Source: Tubulanus polymorphus (Eukaryota; Animalia; Nemertea). From it: a stretch of 64,000 nucleotides of DNA. The notes beneath the pieces were generated by a model. That model did not search any database and had not been told where the DNA came from. It saw nothing but the letters and a program-made list of their open reading frames with translations. Shown here piece after piece: positions 18,458 to 31,526 of the stretch (its first letter is position 1; every line of letters starts with the position of its first letter). Made by a program: the position numbers and the translations under genes. The DNA lies in the NCBI RefSeq assembly GCF_964204645.1, contig NW_027437457.1, positions 34,127 through 98,126 on the forward strand, read 5' to 3'.

Positions 18458-20857
18458 CCCCTGTACATCCTCTATTCAGCATCAGGACCGCTCTGAATCG
18501 GAATCAATAATTACTGAGTTCGAACCCGGCCCATACGCTTAGTTTAATAATGACGCTATGATCGCCATCTATTGGATTTTGGATGAACTCACTAGATAGC
18601 TCTTACTGGTCTCACTGAGTCTTCTTCAGTGGGTTGAAATCACACTCGCCATCTGGTGGATTTCTATGCTACTACAGTTTAATGATGGTTTTATCCACCA
18701 GATGGCGAGTGTGATTTTAACGGATTAATGAAGAGTCAGTGAGACAAGTAAGAGCTATCTAGTCGGTTCAGCCAAATTCCAATAGATGGCGATAACGTTA
18801 GAAATCTTGATATCCTCTCGTCGGGCACCCTGTACATCCTCTATTCAGAGCATCAGGACCACTCTGAATCAGTCAGTAATTACTGGGTTCGAACCCGGGA
18901 CACCCCTGTACATCCTCTATTCAGTATGAGGACCACTCTGAATCAGTATCAGTAATTTGATTGCTGGGTTCGACCCCGGGACACACCTGTACATCCTCTA
19001 TACAGCATCAGGACCACTTTGAATCAATATCAGCAATTACTGGGTTCGAACCCGGGAAACCCCTGTACATCCTCTATTCAGCATCAGGACCACTCTGAAT
19101 CAGCATAGTCAGTTATTAACTGGGTTCGAACCCGGGACACCCCTGTACATCCTCTATTCAGTATCAAGACCACTCTGAACCAGTATCAGTAATTGCTGGG
19201 TTCCAAACTTTTGGTACATAGAATAATGATACTATGATCGCCATCTATTGGATTTTGGATGAACTCACTTGATAGCTCTTACTAGTCTCACTGACTCTTT
19301 TTTAGTGGGTTGAAATCACACTCGCCATCTGGTGGATTTCTATGCTACTACAGTCTAATGATGGTTATATCCACCAGATGGCGAGTGTGATTTTAACGGA
19401 TTAATGAAGAGTCAGTGAGACAAGTAAGAGCTATCTAGTCAGTTCAGCCAAATTCCAATAGATGGCGATCACGTTAGAAATCTTGATATCCTCTCGTCGG
19501 GCACCCTGTACATCCTCTATTCAGCATCAGGACCGCTCTGAATCAGTCAGTAATTACTGGGTTCGAACTCGGGACACCCCTGTACATCCTCTATTCAGTA
19601 TGAGGACCACTCTGAATCAGTATCAGTAATTTGATTGCTGGGTTCGACCCCGGGACACACCTGTATATCCTCTATTCAGCATCAGGACCACTCTGATCCA
19701 GTATCAGTAATTACTGGGATCGAACCCTGGACGGCCCCTGTACATCCTCTATACAGCATCAGGACCACTCTGAATCAATATCAGCAATTACTGGGATCGA
19801 ACCCGGGACACCCCTGTACATCCTCTATTCAGCATCAGGACCACTCTGAATCAGCATAGTCAGTTATTAACTGGGTTCGAACCCGGGACACCCCTGTACA
19901 TCCTCTATTCAGTATCAAGACCACTCTGAACCAGTATCAGTAATTGCTGGGTTCCAAAACTTTTGGTACATAGAATAATGATGCTATGATCGCCATCTAT
20001 TGGATTTTGGATGAACTCACTAGATAGCTCTTACTGGTCTCACTGACTCTCCTTTAGTGGGTTGAAATCACACTCGCCATCTGGTGGATTTCTATGCTAC
20101 TACAGTCTAATGATGGTTTTATCCACCAGATGGCGAGTAGGATTTTAACCGATTAAAGAAGAGTCAGTGAGACCAGTAAGAGCTATCTAGTCGGTTCAGC
20201 CAAATTCCAATAGATGGCGATAACGTTAGAAAATCTTGATATCCTCTCCTCGTAGGACACCCCTGTACATCCTCTATTCAGCAGCAGGAATCACTCTGAA
20301 TCAGTATCAGTAATAACTGGGTTCGAACCCGGGACACCCCTGTACACCCTCTATTCAGCATCAGGACCACTCTGAATCAGTATCAGTAATAACTGGGTTC
20401 GAACCCGACACACCCCTGTTCACCCTCTATTCAGCATCAGGACCACGCTGAATCAGTATCAGTAATAACTGGGGTCGAACCCGGGACACCCCTGTACACC
20501 CTCTATTCAGCATCAGGACCACTCTGAATCAGTATCAGTAATAACTGGGTTCGAACCCGACACACCCCTGTTCACCCTCTATTCAGCATCAGGACCACGC
20601 TGAATCAGTATCAGTAATAACTGGGGTCGAACCCGGGACACCCCTGTTCACCCTCTATTCAGCATCAGGACCACGCTGAATCAGTATCAGTAATAACTGG
20701 GGTCGAACCCGGGACACCCCTGTACACCCTCTATTCAGCATCAGGACCACGCTGAATCAGTATCAGTAATAACTGGGTTCTAACCCGGGACACCCCTGTG
20801 CACCCTCTATTCAGCATCAGGACCACTCTGAATCAGTATCAGTAATAACTGGGTTCA
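18458..20857. repeat. Composite higher-order repeat: ~76-bp units (with GGGTTCGAACCC) interleaved with three 233-bp palindromes
   Basis: Palindromes at 18561-18793, 19237-19469 and 19989-20221; same 76-bp unit recurs at ~60475-60796. Confidence 0.9.
18561..18793. mobile_element. Fold-back/MITE-like 233-bp inverted-repeat element (copy 1 of 3)
   Basis: atcgccatctattgg...ccaatagatggcgat; arms complementary over ~100 bp; no clear TSD. Confidence 0.6.
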
Positions 20858-20894
20858 AGTTATCTGAAGATATTTTATTTTATTGCTGAAATAT

Positions 20895-23800
20895 TTACAA
20901 GTTAAAATCATATTTTTGAAATAGTTTTCTGAATTCTGCAGCCATTTCTTTCTCTTCATCGATGGAATATTTACAGTTTCTCCAATCAATTCTATCAGTC
21001 ATATCCAGTATCTCAGCTCCCGCTAATACCTCTCTATATTCAATATAAATATTATCAATTAGTTTATTATTATGATTAATATTAATCGAATCTGATTGGT
21101 CGACTACAAACCTTCCAAACTGTAGCGGAAACGATTTCTTTATTCGATGCAGTAATTTGTCACCAGAGGGCAGTTCTACGTAGAAGTAGGGGGCACCTTC
21201 GGGTACGATCTGTAAATCAGATGAATCTATTATTGAGCTGTAGAGGGGTGATAGGTGATAAATGATAAAAGGGGTGGTAGGTAATGGTTACCTGTTTGAT
21301 GTCAGACATTTTCGGTATTTCGTGAAGTTCAAACGATGTTTGTTGAGATTGAGCGCAATCTAGAAAACTTTCCTTTAACTCATCACCAGCCGTCGATACA
21401 GGAATCGGTACAACCTACAGAATATACTAACTATATACACATCAACCCTACATCACCTCCTCCCACCCCTTCACTATCTAATAGACTCACCGGCCGTCGA
21501 TACAGGAATCGGTACAACCTACAGAATATACTAACTATATACACATCAACCCTACATCACCTCCTCCCACCCCTTCACTATCTAATAGACTCACCGGCCG
21601 TCGATACAGGAATCGGTACAACCTACAGAATATACTAACTATATACACATCAACCCTACATCACCTCCTCCCACCCCTTCACTATCTAATAGACTCACCG
21701 GCCGTCGATACAGGAATCGGTACAACCTACAGAATATACTAACTATATACACATCAACCCTACATCACCTCCTCCCACCCCTTCACTATCTAATAGACTC
21801 ACCGGCCGTCGATACAGGAATCGGTACAACCTACAGAATACACTAACTATATACACATCAACCCTACATCACCTCCTCCCACCCCTTCACTATCTAATAG
21901 ACTCACCGGCCGTCGATACAGGAATCGGTACAACCTACAGAATATACTAACTATATACACATCAACCCTACATCACCTCCTCCCACCCCTTCACTATCTA
22001 ATAGACTCACCGGCCGTCGATACAGGAATCGGTACAACCTACAGAATACACTAACTATATACACATCAACCCTACATCACCTCCTCCCACCCCTTCACTA
22101 TCTAATAGACTCACCGGCCGTCGATACAGGAATCGGTACAACCTACAGAATATACTAACTATATACACATCAACCCTACATCACCTCCTCCCACCCCTTC
22201 ACTATCTAATAGACTCACCGGCCGTCGATACAGGAATCGGTACAACCTACAGAATACACTTACTATATACACATCAACCCTACATCACCTCCTCCCACCC
22301 CTTCACTATCTAATAGACTCACCGGCCGTCGATACAGGAATCGGTACAACCTACAGAATATACTAACTATATACACATCAACCCTACATCACCTCCTCCC
22401 ACCCCTTCACTATCTAATAGACTCACCGGCCGTCGATACAGGAATCGGTACAACCTACAGAATATACTAACTATATACACATCAACCCTACATCACCTCC
22501 TCCCACCCCTTCACTATCTAATAGACTCACCGGCCGTCGATACAGGAATCGGTACAACCTACAGAATACACTAACTATATACAACCCTACATCACCTCCT
22601 CCCACCCCTTCACTATCTAATAGACTCACCTGTATTTGTAAATGTTGAGTTCTATAATTTCTCTCAAATGAAACAATTTCTTTTTTTTCTTGTTTAAACA
22701 TTTTTCTCAATGCTTTTTTATATCTGAATCAAACGGTTAAGGCATAACCCATAGCAACGATATCGTAACCCATAGCAACGATATCGTAACCCATAGCTAC
22801 CCCTCAATAATCGATATTTATAATGGTAGTCAAGGATACGAGTTGATTTCATTAACGACATCGTCAGGAGCGCTGACTGTTGACTGATAATGACCAATAG
22901 GTAAAATCAGTACGTGATCGGGGACTAGTCCACCTTTAGCTAGTGCTAGATATACCTAAAAAACGGAAAACAGCAAGTCCAATATGGAGAGAACCAGTCC
23001 AATACAAAGATAGAACCAGTCCAATTATACTTACATTCTCACCAACACTGACAACTAAATGTTTTTCAACTTGAGGACTTCCTAAACAAAACCAACACGG
23101 TCCAGTGGGCTGAGCTGTAAATATAAACAACCAGCCCATTAGCTTAATACCAGGGGCCAGTTGCACAGTCGTGACTTAAGTCCAAAAGTGGTCTTAAATC
23201 TGAAGACTGGTCTTAAGTTGTTAGATTGTCTATAGAACTAAGTTGGTCTTAGACTGGTCTTAAGTCTAAGCCATGACTATGGAACCAGCCCCAGGAGCTA
23301 GTTTTATAATCTGGTATCATCTTTTTATCTTGGAACTATAAATTCAACCTCACACTCTATGTACCACTAAAATCACTGATGGGCCGACTGTAATACAGTG
23401 ACCTTGTCACTCACCTTGATGTTTTTTAACCGAACGACCTTGACCTCCTTGGTGTTGTTTTTTACGTTTTGTGTCTGGATTCTGTGATTTAGTATCGAAG
23501 AATACTGGATTAATCTCGGTAGTAGGTTGAGCTGTTGTAGGTTGAGTTGTAGGTTGAGGAGTATAAGGTCTCTCCGTGACGTCGTCAGGTTGTTTCGTTA
23601 ATTCAGTTTGATCCATGCGACTCATTGGTTTTATACTAAACGCATATAAAAACTTGCGTTTCTCACGGTTACCGACTGGAGCGAGCGCGATGTATCGAGT
23701 CACGTGATTGGTCGATTCCGATAGAATCTGATGATTCCTGAATTATTGAAACACATACAATAGATTCCTCGCTTGACTCTGATAATCCCGTGCCCTGCAA

Positions 23801-26239
23801 ATCATGCCCCGGGAATTGATCATCTCGGACTGCGCCCGGAATTGATCATCTCGGACTGCGCCCGGAATTGATCATCTCGGACTGCGCCCGGAATTGATCA
23901 TCTCGGACTGCGCCGGAATCATTGTCTATGGTAGTTTATATACACACCTATAGGGGGCTCTCTCGTAGTGATAGCCTTCTAAACCGACAAAATGATATCT
24001 AGGTTTTAAAACAAGGCATAATTGTGAAATGGCTTCGGAACCGGAATCAATTGAAGAGAATTCGCCTTCCTGGAATAAACAACAATACTGGTTACTAGAG
24101 ACCTCGACTAAACCTTGACTAACACTAACAACAACAGTAGATTATATTACTTACTACAGGAGTAGAATATTTCTCTACATTTCTCGCCCATTGAGACGTC
24201 AACAATATATCAACTCCTTTAAATCTGCTATCGGTTGTCATGGGAACGATTAGTGATTGAATATCTTCATTGTTGAATTCTGCGTCTGTTTTGTTGATAT
24301 CGTTATTGATTTTCTGTTTACCGCTTAAATACGCGATCTGTAAACCACTACTGCTTGTATATATACCAGTCTTACCTATAATACAGTACACTGTTAGTAT
24401 GGTGGACCGTCAGGGGCATGTTATATGATCGGTACGGTGTAGTGTAAGGTACATACCGAGGTAGGTTAAATTCGGACACAATTCACAACCGTTGATATCT
24501 TGATAATAAATACAGTTATCCATGTTACACGGTCCCAGAATATACGTCGGTATCGGAACTAAAAAATACATCAATCAATATTCATCAATAATTCACTATT
24601 TCACAATCAGTAGAATATTGATATTATTTAAATACCTTTCTCTTTTCCGTTGATGTATGATTGAAATTGTTGGATTGATTCGGCTCCGTTAAAAAACTCC
24701 CCGACACAAAGTAACATCTATAAAAAAAACAGCTCATTAGTGACAGGGGTCGGTAGACTGAGCCATACCGCGGGGAGGGATGACAGGGGTCGGTAGACTG
24801 TGCCATACTGCGGGGAGGGGTGACAGGGGTCGGTAGACTGTGCCATACCGCGGGGAGGGATGACAGGGGTCGGTAGACTGTGCCATACCGCGGGGAGGGA
24901 TGACAGGGGTCGGTAGACTGTACCATACAGCGGGGAGGGATGACAGGGGTCGGTAGACTGTGCCATACCGCGGGGAGGGATGACAGGGGTCGGTAGACTG
25001 TGCCATACCGCGGGGAGGGATGACAGGGGTCGGTAGACTGTGCCATACCGCGGGGAGGGATGACAGGGGTCGGTAGACTGTGCCATACCGCGGGGAGGGA
25101 TGACAGGGGTCGGTAGACTGAGCCATACCGCGGGGAGGGATGACAGGGGTCGGTAGACTGTGCCATACCACGGGGAGGGATGACAGGGGTCGGTAGACTG
25201 TGCCATACCGCGGGGAGAGATGACAGGGGTCGGTAGACTGTGCCATACCGCGGGGAGGGATGACAGGGGTCGGTAGACTGTGCCATACCGCGGGGAGGGA
25301 TGACAGGGGTCGGTAGACTGAGCCATACCGCGGGGAGGGATGACAGGGGTCGGTAGACTGTGCCATACCGCGGGGAGGGATGACAGGGGTCGGTAGACTG
25401 AGCCATACCGCGGGGAGGGATGACAGGGGTCGGTAGACTGTGCCATACCGCGGGGAGGGAGGGGGCCTCCAGAGACTGGCTCATACACTGAACTCTCGCT
25501 CAATTTTCTGACAGCGAACTTACATCGAATTGTCCATTCTTCTTTAGAACTGATCGAACTCTTGAGAATAAACTATTGAATTTACCAACAACATCTCCAG
25601 CAACAAGTCTGCAAACAAACAATACAAAAATAATATCACCACTAACAGAAAGATTTATCTGAACTTGAAAAGTTCTGATATTGACAATAGACTGTTCACT
25701 GTTCTGTGCAGGGTTGAACGTTCAGGACTGAACACTTAACACCACTTAACACGGGCATCAGTTTCATGCATTTAATAATTAGTTAATTAATGATTCAATT
25801 ACATTTTTATAGAATCCGCACTCATTTTTCCGTTTTGAGTGCGCGACGACCTTGAGAATAGTTTAACTATTTTACCAACATAAACCGATATAAGTTTAAT
25901 TGAATTGACAAAATGTTTAAAATATTTTTTTAAATTTAAAGGTTAAATAGATTCATGAATATCGATTTGATATTGTAGCGAGGCTTAATTTTATAATTTC
26001 AAAAACATTCGAACTCATTTTTGTTTTATAATTGGGCGACGACCTTGAAAAATAATTTAACTATTTATCAACATGTACCGTTATAATTTTATATATTTAT
26101 ACCGATTTCCTAACTAAATCACATATGTCGTCATCTTTCAAGAAATCGAATGTATCTTTCTAAATATGTAGTTTAATAAATAGATATATTTTTCGCTTGC
26201 TTACTTCTGCGTTCTAATACTTTTTGGTAATCCGGTCAT
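20895..26239 (-). CDS. CWF19L1: CWF19-like protein 1. Exons 26239-26205, 25608-25524, 24717-24636, 24558-24457, 24375-24155, 24069-23948, 23737-23415, 23114-23035, 22955-22840, 22723-22630, 21414-21292, 21209-21112, 21033-20895
   Basis: [10 protein letters not shown]...[92 protein letters not shown]; phases consistent. Confidence 0.95.
21385..22630 (-). repeat. 104-bp tandem array x12 = complete intron plus 28-nt exon start of CWF19L1
   Basis: Minus-strand unit gtgagtct...ttctgtag|GTTGTACCGATTCCTGTATCGACGGCCG. Confidence 0.97.
22724..22839 (-). other. U12-type (minor spliceosome) GT-AG intron
   Basis: 5'ss GTATCCTT; branch GCCTTAAC ~12 nt before the AG; no polypyrimidine tract. Confidence 0.8.
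23154..23291. mobile_element. Harbinger-like MITE in a CWF19L1 intron
   Basis: Imperfect TIRs gggccagttgcacagtcgtgactta / taagccatgactatggaaccagccc; CAG on both flanks (putative 3-bp TSD). Confidence 0.55.
23807..23918. repeat. ~26-bp intronic tandem repeat x4
   Basis: cccggaattgatcatctcggactgcg. Confidence 0.85.
24741..25460. repeat. 40-bp intronic tandem repeat x18
   Basis: tgacaggggtcggtagactgtgccataccgcggggaggga. Confidence 0.97.
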
Positions 26240-26892
26240 GGCGGTAATTCGGATTTCCATAGTGTTAATCCGCTGCACCAAAATAGTTATTTTGAAAACC
26301 GTTAAATCTACTTAAATAATTCAGGAAACTAATTATTTTCATCATATTACTCCATTTTAGGACCCTTTTTAGATATTAATTCGTTTTATAGATGACATCT
26401 GATTGAGTTAGGTAATTGTTTACACTATCAGTGAACCCACGTGGTTTTCCTGGAACTGAACGAAAATAAACATTTTACCAAGTACCAAATAGGGTCGAAT
26501 TTAAACTCTGTTCAACAGAAATAGAGTCATTTAATTGTAATAAAAAACTCATGTTGATTCAATAAATTTAAATCATTAAGATAAGGTCTTTGTTTAAATG
26601 ATGAGCAGCTGAATTTGTCGAGTAAATAAGGGTATATTTATTCGCCGTACATTCGGGCACCGGGTTCCATTCAATGGACGCCATATTATTGTAAAAAAAT
26701 ACAATAAAAAAGCGTTTGAAAAGATTCAAAAAAATCGGCGCAGATTTGAAGCGGCGAAAGTTAGGAAAAACCGGTTCAATGTGACATGTTGAGAAGTGAT
26801 ATTTGAGATAAACGCTGTGTTTTGTCAGCGACTGATAATTGCGCGGTTTGTGATCGGGAGTAAGAGTCGAGAGAGGAGGTGATGTTGAAATA
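26240..26892. promoter_or_regulatory. Putative bidirectional promoter region between head-to-head CWF19L1 and E78
   Basis: Divergent start codons ~650 bp apart; YY1-like cgccatatt near 26678. Confidence 0.45.
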
Positions 26893-29813
26893 ATGGTTGA
26901 TAGGAATTCTACAATAATTGATGAGGGAAATATCTTATCATCATCAACTGTAGCAGCGATAATGAATCAATCACCGCCTCCATCAACGTCCGCCGCCACT
27001 GGTAAGTGAGGTTCGATATGGATTGTGGACTCTTCTCGGAGTCTCAGAGACTCCCGGCGGAGTCACCGGGAGACAGTTTGATGATGATGTTGGTGTTTTT
27101 ATTGTATTGTAGGTTTAGTAGTAACAGATAAACCTCAGACGCAAGTGTTCATTCCGTGCCGTGTTTGTGGTGATAAAGCTTCTGGATATCATTATGGTGT
27201 AACGTCATGTGAGGGCTGTAAGGTATGTACCCCTCCTAGCACCCTCGCCCTGTACCCCCTCGCCCTGCACGCCTCCCTCTGCACCCCCTCCCCTGCACCC
27301 CCTTCCCTGTACCCCGGCCCGCCCTGTACCCCCTCCCCTGTACCCCTCGCCTGTACCCCCTCGCCTGTACCCCGGCCCGCCCTGTACCCCCTCGCCCTGC
27401 ACGTCCCTCCCCTGCACCCCCTCCCCTGCACGTCCCTCCCTTGTACCCCCTCCCCTGTACCCCCTCCCCTGTACGCCCCCCTCCTGCACGCCCCCCTCCT
27501 GCACGTCCCTCCCCTGTACCCCCTCCCCTGTACGCCCCCCTCCTGCACGCCCCCCTCCTGCACGTCCCTCCCCTGTACCCCCTCCCCTGCACCGCGACTA
27601 TCTATATCCATTTTTCATGTTTTAACTATCATCTATTTGATATATTTCACAGGGATTTTTCCGTCGAAGCATCCAAAAACAGATTGAATATCGCTGTTTG
27701 AGAGATGGAAAATGTTTAGTAATTCGTCTAAATCGCAATAGGTGTCAGTACTGTCGGTTTAAAAAGTGTTTAGCAGTTGGAATGTCTCGAGATTGTAAGT
27801 TATTTGTTTTACTAGCCGTATGGGCGTGTCATTACATTGATTGACAGTTTTACCGCTGTACATTATGGGCGTGTCTATTTACATTGATTGACAGTCTATT
27901 TTGTTTACACATTATGGGCGTGTCTATTTACATTGATTGACAGTCTATTTTGTTTACACATTATGGGCGTGTCTATTTACATTGATTGACAGTCTATTTT
28001 GTTTACAGCTGTGCGTTATGGGCGTGTACCTAAGCGTATAAAATGTCTGGAGGAACAGATGGTGGCGACACCTACTGAGCAGCAGACAATTGAAGAGAAA
28101 CATCAATTAGCTATTTATGATATAATACTAGGAGTTTCACAAGCGCATCACGCAAACTGTCATCTTACTGAGGATAAATTAAAATCACTACAGAAAACAC
28201 CTAAAGATCTGGTAAGATTTAATATCAATCTGCTCCCAGTAACCCCTCAGACAGACTGCTGTCTGTAGTCTGTACCCTGCACCCCCTCAGACAGACTGCT
28301 GTCTGCACCCTGTACCCCTCACACCTGACATGTTTATGCTATTTATCTTTCAGTGTACGGTAAAATTAAAAGTAGAAGATTTTGAAGATTCGAGTTTGAT
28401 GTCGATGATTTTAACGACTCAAAGAATAACAATGTGGGAAACAATCGCTACATTAATGACTCCGACAATACAACAACTTGTAGAATTTGCTAAACGAGTT
28501 CCAGGTATCAATATCTCATTCCTCTCACTCTACTGCCTGAAATATATCAATCTCACTCACTATGTGATATATCAATCTCACTCACTGTGTGATATATCAA
28601 TCTCACTCACTCACTCACTCACTCACTATGTGATATATCAATCTCACTTATCGTACCCTGTGTGATATATCGATTCTAATGTGTGATATATTTTGATTTT
28701 GATATATTTAGGATTCACTAATTTACCTCAAGATGATCAGTTGATATTGATAAAGACAGGATATTTTGAGATTTGGCTCGTTAGAATTGCGCGAATGGTG
28801 AATGTTAACAATACAACAGTTGTATTCAGTGACGGATCAATTGTCAACAGAAATCAATTGGATATTGTTTATTCCGTACGTATTTTACTGTTTACCGAGT
28901 CTCATAATTCTGCGGTTGCTCAAAAGTTGGTACAAGTTTAACCCGTAGATTGTTGATATTGTGATAATGAAATTGCGCTATATGACTTAATTCTATCTAT
29001 TTATCCGATATTTCTATTTGAGCAACTGATCCCAGGATTTACTACTGTAGTCGATACTCACATGCCGCAGTGGGAATACTCACATGCCGCAGTGGGAATA
29101 CTCACATGCCGCAGTGGGAATACTCACATGCCGCAGTGGGAATACTCACATGCCGCAGTGGGAATACTCACATGCCGCAGTAACACTATGATATTTGTCT
29201 ATTTTCAGCCGGAACTCGTTCAGAGTTTGTTTGATTTTTCCCTTGCGTTTAATTATCTCAGACTCAGTGACACAGAAATCGGTTTATTTACAAGTATTGT
29301 TCTACTTACACCAGGTATTTAACTCCCTCTCCTCCTACCTCCCTCTCCTCCTTCCTACCTCCCTCTCCATCCCTTCCTACCTCCCTCTCCATCCCTTCCT
29401 ACCTACCTCCCTTCCTAGCTCCCCCATTCATCCCTTCCTACCTCCCTCTCCCTTCCCTTCCTACCTCCCTCTGATTTCCTTTCACTGATGCTGAGAGTGT
29501 TGTATATTTTGTAGATAGAATTGGTATCACTGATTGTAAAGGTGTCGAAGAAGTCCAAGATAAATTAATTGAAGCGTTAAAACTACAACTTTCTCGCAAT
29601 CATTCGACTGAACCTCAATTATTCGCTAATTTACTGATGAAATTACCAGAACTGAGATCAATAGGAGCTCAACATCATCAACTTATACATTACTATAGAG
29701 AAAACTGGTCTCATATGAAATTACCTCCTCTCTTCTCGGAGATATTCGATATTCCGAAAAATGACGATGATGGCGATGATGATACCAGTAATAATGAGGA
29801 GGAAAAGTCATAG
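26893..29813 (+). CDS. E78: Nuclear receptor E78 (NR1E1-like). Exons 26893-27001, 27113-27222, 27653-27794, 28009-28211, 28354-28504, 28712-28875, 29209-29314, 29515-29813
   Basis: [64 protein letters not shown]...[10 protein letters not shown]; [22 protein letters not shown]; C-terminal [10 protein letters not shown]. Confidence 0.92.
27226..27592. repeat. C-rich low-complexity intronic repeat (ccctgtaccccct...)
   Basis: Direct reading. Confidence 0.9.
27819..28028 (+). repeat. ~49-bp degenerate junction-derived repeat x4 in E78 intron 3
   Basis: Unit shares ttatgggcgtgt with the start of exon 4. Confidence 0.8.
29055..29181. repeat. 22-bp intronic tandem repeat x6
   Basis: atactcacatgccgcagtggga. 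Confidence 0.9.
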
Positions 29814-30529
29814 ACTACGGACCAGTGAACTGTGGAGAGGGATATCGATTGTCGAGATCTGTATTCAATTAATTATCTGTATTTTAAACTATGATCTCTG
29901 TATTATCATAATTATTATTATTATTATTTTGAATATTTAGTTTTAAAAAGAGTCTCAGGTTTTTAGTATAAAAAGAAAATACACACAACACACAGAATTC
30001 GCTGATATTTTATTTTTATTATAGCGAAAAATGTGCATTTAATTAAACAAAAAAAAGCCTTAAAAAACACCGACATGGCTCAGGGTAATCATCAATATAG
30101 ACAGGTGTATTTAAGCGGTTTCTTTGATTTCAGTTTTTGGATTTTGTGCCAAAATGTTTGTTATTATTGTAAATAGATAAATATAGGATGTTATTAACAT
30201 ATTTAATATGTAGATTTATCAATGGACATGACATCAGGACTGTGGGGGTGTAATGTGCTGCCATCTATTATTAAACCATGTAAACACTGAATTGTCTGGA
30301 ATATAATTCCGAAATGTAGTTCTATTTTCAGGGTCTAATTGTATCTCGGTATTTCGGGTGTTTTTGTTTTCTGTCTTTTACAAATTTAATCAATTCTATT
30401 TTTTAAAAAAGAAATGAATTTTTTACACACAGTCTGATCTAGTATTGCCCTCTATAGGAGGATTATTGTACTGTTTTATTGTTCTACCTCGATTTTATAT
30501 TTTCATTTTAAAGTTAATCTCCCTATGAG

Positions 30530-30681
30530 AGTTTCAGTGACTCCCCGAGACGGTCAGTGACTCCCAGAGTGGAAGTTTCAGTGACTCTCTGAGACGGTCA
30601 GTGACTCCCAGAGTGGAAGTTTCAGTGACTCCCCGAGACGGTCAGTGACTCCCAGAGTGGAAGTTTCAGTGACTCTCTGAG
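30530..30681. repeat. 43-bp tandem repeat x3-4
   Basis: gtttcagtgactccccgagacggtcagtgactcccagagtggaa. Confidence 0.85.
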
Positions 30682-31526
30682 AATGAGTCATTTGTAGTCC
30701 TGTTTTAGATGTTTCGCCAGTAAACTATAAATCATATATTTGTTTGTGAGTCGACACAAGTAAAACTACTGTTAATCATAATTTCCTCTATTTCTCATTT
30801 CCTGAAGTCGTATTTCTTAGATTTCTCAGGTTCTGATCTCAGACATGTTTTTACTGAGTTAGTTCGTTGGTTAGGGTTAGTGTAGTAGAATACACCTAGT
30901 TAATAATTTAGGGTTTGATTCATGGTTTTAGGAATATCTAGTTTTAGTCCCTTTTCAGTGAGTGCAGTTTCTTCAAAAAGCCAAATGTTTATTTTAGTCA
31001 TGAAATTTCACCTTCATTTGATGAAGACTTTAAAAAGAACTTGTACTAAAGTACTTATTCATTTAGAAATATATCGATCTGAATCTTAATAAAATTCAGC
31101 TTTTTAGTGTTTTGTTTTTTTCTGGCGCATCGTGTCCGTTTCCAACCAGAGGATTTGACTAAGAACCGGACCTATTTCCAATGGAACGGGTTTCGCTTTG
31201 ATCCACTAGATGGCGACACGGACGCCTTAGAAACATGTAAACAAACTGAGGAGTCGGTGCGAGAGACTACAAAAAATAGCAGCAAACTTGTTCGCACGAA
31301 AGGCGCCAGTTAAAAACAAGCGGTAATAATTAAATACCAGTTAATTACTAATTAATGTACATTGTTAGATTGTGTATCAATATTCTTTATATTTCCTCCT
31401 CATATTTGTATACATTTAACTCGAGTTTATTACATTGTATACAAATTATAGATTGAACAACCAGCTGGGTAGTGACAGATAGACAGCAGGTTCAGAGTGA
31501 CAGACAGACAGATAGACAGCAGCAGG

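Noticed and set aside
24370-24381. Recursive splice site AG|GTAAGA at a CWF19L1 exon start
   Set aside because: Explained by coding sequence (Gly-Lys-Thr); the intron is too short to need recursive splicing
24624-25503. Three overlapping Pro-rich ORFs
   Set aside because: 40-bp intronic repeat; not coding
25820-26100. Apparent copies of CWF19L1 exon 2 in intron 1
   Set aside because: Only short AT-rich matches; the two segments resemble each other (~190-bp duplication) more than they resemble the exon
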